Source: Candidatus Poriferisocius sp.
GTDB taxonomy: Bacteria > Actinomycetota > Acidimicrobiia > Acidimicrobiales > Bin134
Assembly (NCBI RefSeq): GCF_965202595.1
Contig: NZ_OZ241836.1
Span: forward strand, 1,360,349-1,424,348
Direction of reading: 5' to 3'
Length of the DNA: 64,000 bases
The notes beneath the pieces were generated by a model. That model worked only from the letters and a program-made list of their open reading frames with translations. It was not told where the DNA came from and ran no database searches. Shown here piece after piece: positions 57,290 through 64,000 of the stretch (position 1 is its first letter; each line of letters opens with the position of its first letter). The translations under genes were made by a program, and so were the position numbers.

Positions 57290-59833
57290 ATGAGTGCTTT
57301 CCGTAACGTGCCCGACAAGCCGGCCCTGGAAGGGTTGGAGGCCAAGTGGGGCGAGGTCTGGGAAGCCGAGGGCACGTACCGCTTCGACCGTACCGCCACC
57401 CGGGAGCAGGTCTACTCCATCGACACCCCCCCACCCACCGTGAGCGGGTCGCTGCACGTGGGCCACATGTTCAGCTACACCCACTGCGACACCCTGGCCC
57501 GCTACCAGCGCATGCAGGGCAAGCAGGTGTACTACCCCATGGGCTGGGACGACAACGGCCTACCCACCGAACGCCGGGTACAGAACCACTTCGGAGTGCG
57601 CTGCGACCCATCCCTACCCTACGACCCCCACTTCAAACCCCCCGAGAACCCCGACAAGAACCAACTCCCCATCTCCCGGCGCAACTTCGTGGAGCTGTGC
57701 GAAAAACTCACCACCACCGACGAAAAAGCCTTCGAACAGCTCTGGCGCCACCTGGGACTATCCATCGACTGGTCACTCACCTACGCCACCATCGACCAAC
57801 GCAGCCGCCGAGCCTCCCAAAGAGCATTCCTGCGCAACCTGGCCCGAGGCGAGGCCTACCAGAACGAAGCCCCCAGCCTGTGGGACGTAACCTTTCGCAC
57901 CGCAGTCGCCCAAGCCGAACTCGAGGACCGGGACCGCCCCGGTGCCTACCATCGCCTGGCCTTCCGGCAACCCGGCGGCGAGGACCTGCTCATAGACACC
58001 ACCCGCCCCGAGCTGCTGGCCGCCTGCGTGGCCGTGGTGGCCCATCCCGACGACCCCCGCTACCAGCCCCTCTTCGGCCAAACCATCACCACCCCCCTGT
58101 TCAGAGCCGCAGTGCCCATGGTGGCCCACGAACTGGCCGACCCCGGCAAGGGCACCGGTGCCGCCATGATCTGCACCTTCGGCGACACCACCGATGTAAC
58201 CTGGTGGCGGGAACTGAACCTACCGGTACGAGCCATCATCGACCGGGACGGCCGCCTGGTGACCAGCCCCCCCGACGGGGTGAACCCGGCCCCCTACGCC
58301 GAGATCGCCGGGCGCACCGTCCACGGAGCCCAGCAAAGGGTGGTCGAACTCCTCAAGGAATCGGGAGAGCTGATCGGCGAACCCCGAGCCATCACCCACC
58401 CGGTGAAGTTCTTCGAGAAAGGCCAACGCCCCCTGGAAATCGTCACCTCCCGCCAGTGGTACATCCGCAACGGCGGGCGCGACGAGGCCCTGCGCGATGC
58501 CCTCATCGGCCGGGGCCGGGAGCTGAACTGGGTGCCCGAGCACATGCGGGTCCGCTACGAGAACTGGGTCGGGGGGCTGAACGGCGACTGGCTCATAAGC
58601 CGCCAGCGTTTCTTCGGTGTGCCCTTTCCCATCTGGTACCCGCTGGATGCCGGCGGCCGGATCGACTACCACCACCCCATCGCAGCCGAGGAAGCCTCCC
58701 TCCCGGTGGATCCCTCCTCCGACGTTCCCCCCGGCTACCGGGAGGATCAGCGGGACCGGCCCGGTGGTTTCACCGCCGACCCCGACGTGATGGATACCTG
58801 GGCCACCTCCTCGCTGACCCCCCAGATCGCCTGCTACTGGGAGGACGACCCCGACCTGTTCGAACGCACCTTCCCCATGGACCTGCGCCCCCAGGCCCAC
58901 GAGATCATCCGCACCTGGCTGTTCGCCACCGTGACCCGGGCCCACCTGGAGCACGGCGCAGTACCGTGGTCCACCGCGGCCATATCGGGATGGGTGCTCG
59001 ACCCCGACCGCAAGAAGATGTCCAAGTCGAAGGGCAACGTGGTCACCCCCATGGACACCCTGGAGGCGTTCGGGGCCGATGCCTTGCGCTACTGGGCTTC
59101 GTCGGGGCGGCCCGGCACCGACACCGCCTTCGAGGAGGGTCAGATGAAGGTGGGGCGCCGGCTGGCGGTGAAGATCCTCAACGCCAGCCGGTTCGTGCTC
59201 GGCCAAGCACCGACGGCGGCAACCGAACCCACCGAGACCCTCGATCGGGCGCTGCTCGCGAACCTGGCCCACCTGGTGGACGGTGCCACCACCGCCTTCG
59301 ACCGGTGCGACTACGCCCGGGCTCTGGAGTTGACCGAGACCTCCTTCTGGTCGTTCACCGATGACCACCTGGAGCTGGTCAAGAACCGGGCCTACGGCAG
59401 CCGGGGTGGCCCTGCGGGCGAATCGGGGCGCCGCACCCTGGAGTTGGCCCTGATCACCTACCTGAAGCTGTTCGCCCCCTTCCTACCCTTTGTGACCGAG
59501 GAGGTGTGGTCGTGGTGGCAGCCGGGCTCGATCCACCGCTCGACCTGGCCCGACACCGGAGGTCTGCGGGCCGCCGCCGGCGACGTGGACCCGCGGGCTG
59601 CCACGGTGGCCGCCGACACCCTGCGAGAGATTCGCCGCATCAAGAGCGATGCCAAGGTACGCCTGTCGATCCCGGTGACCTCCGCCACCGTTACCGACAC
59701 CGCCGAGCGCCTGGCCGTTCTGGATCAGGTGGCCCAGGACGTGGCCGATGCCGGCCGGTGCCGGGAACTGCTAACCGCGGTGGGACCGGAGCTGTTCGTA
59801 ACCGCGGAGCTGGAGACCGGAACCGCGACCTGA
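57290..59833 (+). CDS. valS: valine--tRNA ligase
   Basis: 847-aa ORF with a HIGH-type motif (SLHVGH) and KMSKS (KMSKSKGNVV), plus an editing-domain region. Confidence 0.95.
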   Translation: MSAFRNVPDKPALEGLEAKWGEVWEAEGTYRFDRTATREQVYSIDTPPPTVSGSLHVGHMFSYTHCDTLARYQRMQGKQVYYPMGWDDNGLPTERRVQNHFGVRCDPSLPYDPHFKPPENPDKNQLPISRRNFVELCEKLTTTDEKAFEQLWRHLGLSIDWSLTYATIDQRSRRASQRAFLRNLARGEAYQNEAPSLWDVTFRTAVAQAELEDRDRPGAYHRLAFRQPGGEDLLIDTTRPELLAACVAVVAHPDDPRYQPLFGQTITTPLFRAAVPMVAHELADPGKGTGAAMICTFGDTTDVTWWRELNLPVRAIIDRDGRLVTSPPDGVNPAPYAEIAGRTVHGAQQRVVELLKESGELIGEPRAITHPVKFFEKGQRPLEIVTSRQWYIRNGGRDEALRDALIGRGRELNWVPEHMRVRYENWVGGLNGDWLISRQRFFGVPFPIWYPLDAGGRIDYHHPIAAEEASLPVDPSSDVPPGYREDQRDRPGGFTADPDVMDTWATSSLTPQIACYWEDDPDLFERTFPMDLRPQAHEIIRTWLFATVTRAHLEHGAVPWSTAAISGWVLDPDRKKMSKSKGNVVTPMDTLEAFGADALRYWASSGRPGTDTAFEEGQMKVGRRLAVKILNASRFVLGQAPTAATEPTETLDRALLANLAHLVDGATTAFDRCDYARALELTETSFWSFTDDHLELVKNRAYGSRGGPAGESGRRTLELALITYLKLFAPFLPFVTEEVWSWWQPGSIHRSTWPDTGGLRAAAGDVDPRAATVAADTLREIRRIKSDAKVRLSIPVTSATVTDTAERLAVLDQVAQDVADAGRCRELLTAVGPELFVTAELETGTAT

Positions 59834-59894
59834 CATGCTCCCTTTTTCAAGTGGAGTATGCGGAGCTGGAGACCGGAACCGCGACCTGACATGC
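59803..59894. repeat. 36-nt direct repeat pair, 56-bp offset, of the valS 3' end including its stop
   Basis: (c/t)gcggagctggagaccggaaccgcgacctgacatgc occurs at 59803-59838 and 59859-59894. Confidence 0.9.
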
Positions 59895-59951
59895 ACGAAC
59901 CAGAACTGCCTCACAAAACCACCAACGGGCAACACCCAACCGCGGCCCTAC

Positions 59952-60692
59952 ATGCGCATATACATGTTGAGCCTTGGTTTGTTGGCCGGGGTTCTGGGTT
60001 GGGCATCGGTGGGTTGCGGTGGAGATGATGCCACCACCGTGACCGTGTATGCCGCCGCGTCGCTGTCCGGGGCATTCGAGGACATGGCCGGGGAGTACGA
60101 GGCCACCAACCCCAAAACGGCGGTGAGGCTCAGCTTCGCGGGCAGCGCCCGGCTGGCCACCCAGATAATTGCCGGGGCCCGAGCCGACGTGTTTGCGTCG
60201 GCCGATACCGCCAACATGAACCGGGTGGTGGCCGGCGGGCGCACCGCAAAATCTCCGGTGGTGTTCGCCCGCAACCACCTGGCCCTGGTGGTGCCGGCCG
60301 GCAACCCCGGCGACATTGCCGAGCTGGAGGACCTGGAAGAACCCGGGCTCGTCCTGGCAGTATGCGCCCCCGAGGTACCCTGCGGTGCCCTGGCCCGGGC
60401 AGTGCTGGCCGGCGCCGAGGTCGAGATCGATGCCGACACGGAGGAGACCAGCGTGCGAGCCGTGCTCACCAAGGTGATGCTGGGCGAGGCCGATGCCGGG
60501 CTGGTGTATGCCACCGATGTGGCCGCCGGGGGGGCAAAGGTGTTGGAGGTGCCCATCGGCCCCCAGGAACGGTTCACCGACTACCCGGTGGCCGCCGTCA
60601 GCAATCGGGCGGAGGCCGCCGACTTTGCTGCCTTCGTCACCGGCCCCGAGGGCCGGCGCATCCTCGCCTCCCACGGGTTCGAGACCCCATGA
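59952..60692 (+). CDS. modA: molybdate ABC transporter substrate-binding lipoprotein
   Basis: 246 aa from Met-40, with signal peptide and lipobox (ASVGC). VYAAASLSGAF and ADVFASAD motifs. Confidence 0.9.
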   Translation: MRIYMLSLGLLAGVLGWASVGCGGDDATTVTVYAAASLSGAFEDMAGEYEATNPKTAVRLSFAGSARLATQIIAGARADVFASADTANMNRVVAGGRTAKSPVVFARNHLALVVPAGNPGDIAELEDLEEPGLVLAVCAPEVPCGALARAVLAGAEVEIDADTEETSVRAVLTKVMLGEADAGLVYATDVAAGGAKVLEVPIGPQERFTDYPVAAVSNRAEAADFAAFVTGPEGRRILASHGFETP

Positions 60693-60768
60693 GCGATCCC
60701 CCCAATAGGTCTCCACACGATGCGGGATGTGGTGTCGCCTCCCACGGGTTCGAGACCCCATGAGCGCC
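60666..60768. repeat. 32-nt direct repeat pair, 71-bp offset, duplicating the modA-stop/modB-start ATGA junction
   Basis: tcgcctcccacgggttcgagaccccatgagcg occurs at about 60664-60695 and about 60735-60766, with a 39-nt unrelated filler. Confidence 0.92.
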
Positions 60769-61680
60769 ACCGAAGGGCCGCACAACCGACCTACTACTGC
60801 TGCGAACCCGGTTACCAACCGCCGGGAGGGTTCCACCCCCCGTGACCACCCGCCGCACAGCCGACCCCCCATCGCCGCCATAGTGATGGCCTTCATCGCC
60901 GTGGCCGTGCTGGGGCTACCCCTGGTGGGCCTGCTGCAACGCACACCGTGGTCGTCCCTGGCCACCACGCTGGGTGAGGCCGGCACCCTGGAGGCGCTGC
61001 GGGTGTCGGTGGTGGTGTCACTGGCGGCCGCGGTGGTGTCGGCGGTGCTGGGGCTACCCCTGGCCTGGGTGCTGGCCCGGATGCCGTTCCGGGGCCGGGC
61101 GCTGGTGCGGGCCTTGGTGCTGTTGCCCATGGTGCTGCCCCCGGTGGTGGGAGGCATCGCCCTGTTCTTCGCCCTGGGACGCCGGGGGCTCATCGGCCGG
61201 GCGCTCCACAACGGGTTCGGGGTGGACACCCTCATCGGCACCACCCCGGGCGCGGTGATTGCTGCCGCGTTCGTGTCCATGCCGTTCTTCGTGATCACCG
61301 CCGAGGCGGGGATGCGCCAGCTCGACCCCCGGCTGGAGTCGGCCGCCGCCACCCTGGGGGCCGGGCGCTGGACCGTTCTGCGCCGGATCACGGTGCCATT
61401 GCTGGCCCCCTCGCTGGCCGCGGGGATAACCCTGTCGTGGGCCCGGGCTCTGGGGGAGTTCGGGGCCACCATCACCTTCGCCGGCAACCACCCCGGGCGC
61501 ACCCGCACCCTGCCACTGGCCATCGCCCAGGCCAACGAGGCCGGCCGGCCCGAGGCGGCCATCGCCATGTCGGTGCTGCTCATCGGAGTGTCGCTGCTGG
61601 TGCTCATCGGGCTGCGCCACCGCTGGGTCGCCCCCCGCTCCCCACACCCGGCGGGCTTGGCGGAGACCCCCCGGCCATGA
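60760..61680 (+). CDS. modB: molybdate ABC transporter permease
   Basis: 306 aa from Met-12, a multi-TM protein with the EAA-loop region (ESAAATLGAGRW). Confidence 0.88.
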   Translation: MSATEGPHNRPTTAANPVTNRREGSTPRDHPPHSRPPIAAIVMAFIAVAVLGLPLVGLLQRTPWSSLATTLGEAGTLEALRVSVVVSLAAAVVSAVLGLPLAWVLARMPFRGRALVRALVLLPMVLPPVVGGIALFFALGRRGLIGRALHNGFGVDTLIGTTPGAVIAAAFVSMPFFVITAEAGMRQLDPRLESAAATLGAGRWTVLRRITVPLLAPSLAAGITLSWARALGEFGATITFAGNHPGRTRTLPLAIAQANEAGRPEAAIAMSVLLIGVSLLVLIGLRHRWVAPRSPHPAGLAETPRP

Positions 61681-62717
61681 GCGTCCGAGCCGGCATCCAA
61701 GCCACAACCGGAAACCTCACCATCCAAGCCGGGTTCCACGCACCGGCAGGAAGCTGCACCGTGGTGGTGGGGCCCAACGGGGCGGGCAAGACCACCTTGA
61801 TCCACGTGCTGGCCGGGCTGATCCCCCTGCAAGCCGGCAGGGTCGTGCTGGCCGGCCAGGTGGTCGAGGACACCGACCGGGGCATACGGGTACCCCCCGA
61901 CCGCCGACCCATGGCCCTGCACAGCCAGCACAACCTGCTGTTCCCCCACCTCAGCGTGGTGGACAACGTGGCGTTCGGTCCCCGGTGCTCGGGCCTGGCC
62001 ACCCGCCCCGCCCGCCGGCAGGCCGAGGCGTGGCTCGACCGGGTGGGGCTGGCCGAGGTGGCCGGGCTGCGCCCCTCCCAACTCTCCGGCGGCCAGGCCC
62101 AGCGGGTGGCGCTGGCCCGGGCCGCGGCCTGCCGGTCCGAGGTGCTGCTGCTCGACGAGTCCCTGGCCTCCCTGGATGCCGGAACCCGCACCGACGTGCG
62201 CCACCTGCTGGCCGGCATCGAAGCCACCCGCATCCTGATCACCCACGACCCGGTGGAGGCCCGGGTGCTGGCCGATCAGATCCTGGTGATGGAAAGGGGC
62301 CGGATAGTGCAGGCCGGGACCCCCGAGGCGGTGGCCGCCGACCCCCGAACCCCGTGGACCGCCGGCCTCATGGATGTAAACCTCCTCACCGGCCACGCGT
62401 CCGGCACCGAAGTGACCCTCGACTGCGGGCTCACCCTCACCACCGCCTCACCCATGACCGGGCCGGTGCTGGTCACCTTTTCGCCCGCGGCCGTAACCCT
62501 GTCGAACTCCCGACCCCACACCAGCGCCCGCAACACCTGGGAGACCGAGGTGGCCCGCGTCCAGCCCGAGGGCGACCGGGTCAAGGTTGTGCTCGGTGCC
62601 CCCGTGCCCTGCCACGTATGGGTCACCGCCGGGGCCGAGCGCGAGCTGGATCTGAGCTCCCAACCCCGGTGCTGGGCCGCCCTCAAGGCCACCGAACTGA
62701 CCGTCCGGGAAGCCTGA
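61677..62717 (+). CDS. modC: molybdate ABC transporter ATP-binding protein with C-terminal TOBE/Mop domain
   Basis: The ATG overlaps the modB stop (ATGA). Walker A GPNGAGKTT, signature LSGGQAQR, Walker B LLLDES, and a C-terminal TOBE-like beta domain. Confidence 0.87.
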   Translation: MSVRAGIQATTGNLTIQAGFHAPAGSCTVVVGPNGAGKTTLIHVLAGLIPLQAGRVVLAGQVVEDTDRGIRVPPDRRPMALHSQHNLLFPHLSVVDNVAFGPRCSGLATRPARRQAEAWLDRVGLAEVAGLRPSQLSGGQAQRVALARAAACRSEVLLLDESLASLDAGTRTDVRHLLAGIEATRILITHDPVEARVLADQILVMERGRIVQAGTPEAVAADPRTPWTAGLMDVNLLTGHASGTEVTLDCGLTLTTASPMTGPVLVTFSPAAVTLSNSRPHTSARNTWETEVARVQPEGDRVKVVLGAPVPCHVWVTAGAERELDLSSQPRCWAALKATELTVREA

Positions 62718-62800
62718 GAGCGCGCGCCGGTGCGCGCTCATGGAGATCCAGCAGCATCGACTCACCGCAAAATCCCTGCTCACAACGTGATCTTTTTTAT

Positions 62801-62834
62801 TTCCATTGATGGAATTACCGATTTGTAACTACAA
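62801..62834 (+). promoter_or_regulatory. two short palindromes 21 bp apart (centre to centre) in the AT-rich region upstream of the RNR gene; candidate repressor boxes
   Basis: TTCCAT-tg-ATGGAA (62801-62814) and TTGTA-ac-TACAA (62823-62834). Tandem palindromes at a whole number of helical turns recall NrdR boxes, but the sequences do not match the NrdR consensus I remember. Confidence 0.3.
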
Positions 62835-62878
62835 TTGAAAAACTTGACGCCAAGAGCCTCATCCGCAGGGGGGAACCG

Positions 62879-64000
62879 ATGACACTGGTACAGGAGCCGT
62901 TGGCCGCATTGAGCCGGGACCGGGCCGATAGCGACTCGAACCGTTCCCCCGCCACCGGAATGCGGGTGCGCAAACGCAGCGGCGAGCTGGAGCCGGTGGA
63001 CGTCAACAAGATCGTCAACGCCGTGGCCCGCTGCGCCGAGGGGCTGGTGGGGGTGGACCCCATGCGAGTGGCCACCCGGACCATCTCCGCGCTGGCCGAC
63101 GGGGCCACCACCCGGGAGCTGGACGAGCTGTCCATCCGCACCGCGGCCGGGCTCATCGTCACCGAACCCAACTACTCCAGGCTGGCCGCCCGGCTTTTAT
63201 CCACCTGCATCGACAAGGAGGTTCGCAACCAGAACATCCCGTGGTTCACCGAGTCGATCAGCACCGGTCGCAGCCTGGGCCTGATCGGTGACGAGACGGC
63301 CACGTTCGTCGAGACCCACGCCCCGGCGCTGAACGCATCCATCAGCTCGCTGCGGGATCGCAACTTCGAGTTCTTCGGGCTGCGCACGGTGTACGACCGC
63401 TACCTGCTGCGCCATCCCGACACCCGCTTGGTGATCGAGACCCCCCAGTACTTCTTCCTGCGGGTGGCCTGCGGCCTGTCGGTGGATGCCAACGAAGCCA
63501 TCGCCTTCTACGATCTGATGAGTTCGCTGGCCTACCTGCCGTCGAGCCCGACACTGTTCAATTCGGGTACCTCCCATCCGCAGATGTCCTCGTGCTACCT
63601 GCTCGACTCCCCCGAGGACAGCCTGGAGGGCATCTACCAGCGCTACACCGACATCGCTCGGCTGTCCAAGTTCGCCGGCGGCATCGGGGTGGCCTGGCAC
63701 CGCATCCGCTCCAAGGGATCGCTCATCCGGGGCACCAACGGCCTGTCCAACGGCATCGTGCCGTGGCTCAAGACCCTCGACAGCTCGGTGGCCGCGGTCA
63801 ACCAGGGAGGCCGGCGCAAGGGAGCGGCCTGCGTTTACCTGGAGAGCTGGCACGCCGACATCGAGGACTTTCTGGAGCTGAAGGAGAACACCGGCGATCA
63901 TTCCCGCCGGGCCCACAACCTCAACCTGGCCAACTGGGTTCCCGATCTGTTCATGCAGCGGGTGGAGAAGGACTGGCAATGGTCGCTGTTCGACCCCAAG
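62879..64000 (+). CDS. ribonucleotide reductase large subunit with N-terminal ATP-cone (class I-like), 3'-partial at the window end
   Basis: It is absent from the ORF track because no stop is reached. My own translation from the ATG at 62879 (AGGGGG RBS) is in frame to 64000. It includes VRKRSGELEPVDVNKIVNAV (ATP-cone), SSCYLLD, FAGGIGVAWHRIRSKGS, NQGGRRKGAACVYLESWHADIEDFLELKENTGD and NLANWVPDLFMQRV. Confidence 0.85.
   Translation, partial: MTLVQEPLAALSRDRADSDSNRSPATGMRVRKRSGELEPVDVNKIVNAVARCAEGLVGVDPMRVATRTISALADGATTRELDELSIRTAAGLIVTEPNYSRLAARLLSTCIDKEVRNQNIPWFTESISTGRSLGLIGDETATFVETHAPALNASISSLRDRNFEFFGLRTVYDRYLLRHPDTRLVIETPQYFFLRVACGLSVDANEAIAFYDLMSSLAYLPSSPTLFNSGTSHPQMSSCYLLDSPEDSLEGIYQRYTDIARLSKFAGGIGVAWHRIRSKGSLIRGTNGLSNGIVPWLKTLDSSVAAVNQGGRRKGAACVYLESWHADIEDFLELKENTGDHSRRAHNLNLANWVPDLFMQRVEKDWQWSLFDPK

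Noticed and set aside
59834-59951. Molybdenum-cofactor riboswitch upstream of modA
   Set aside because: The region is largely occupied by the duplicated valS 3' end. I see no conserved Moco-motif helices.
62718-62739. Hairpin gagcgcgc-gccggt-gcgcgctc at the modC stop as an intrinsic terminator
   Set aside because: The 8-bp GC stem overlaps the stop codon, but no U-tract follows. I could not support it as a terminator.
62720-62878. Cobalamin riboswitch upstream of the RNR gene
   Set aside because: There is no B12-box-like GCCACTG core and the region is too short and AT-rich. The protein also looks class I-like rather than NrdJ-like.

Overview
High-GC (about 65-68% in the lines I sampled) actinobacterial-type chromosomal segment. 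Gene content and order point to Actinomycetota, possibly Acidimicrobiia, but the taxon cannot be proven from here: rph-rdgB, ftsX-ftsE-prfB-secA-hpf-comF, ahcY/manA block, mec-cysM, class III Zn-ADH. I call about 60 protein genes and one tRNA-Leu(UAG). I found no rRNA, CRISPR array, transposase or integrase. Three compositionally foreign blocks interrupt the core. (1) 21.16-26.64 kb, about 38-40% GC: a six-gene minus-strand operon (Cys-containing secreted protein, two lipoproteins, peptidoglycan-binding HlyD-like adaptor, MacB-type ABC ATPase and permease) inserted between hpf and comF. (2) 39.2-44.8 kb, about 55% GC: a defence-type island with a translationally coupled TIGR04255/HTH/unknown operon, a decayed darTG locus and a DUF5131-TcmP pair. 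(3) 49.14-51.18 kb, about 38% GC: lipoprotein and secreted-protein genes, including a frameshifted probable paralogue of the island-1 secreted protein. Other accessory content is an AAA/wHTH ATPase, vapBC, a decaying heme/siderophore ABC locus with an MhuD-like monooxygenase, modABC, and a 3'-partial ribonucleotide reductase large subunit that the ORF track omits. The most unusual signal is not a gene. About 30 loci in the native high-GC DNA carry direct duplications of gene termini, including stop or start codons, arranged copy-filler-copy or as short tandem arrays. Eleven of them have a copy-to-copy distance of exactly 71-73 bp, and several create relay mini-ORFs with ATGA/GTGA overlaps. None occur in the three foreign blocks. 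Coordinates of non-ORF features were read off the numbered lines and may be off by 1-2 nt.
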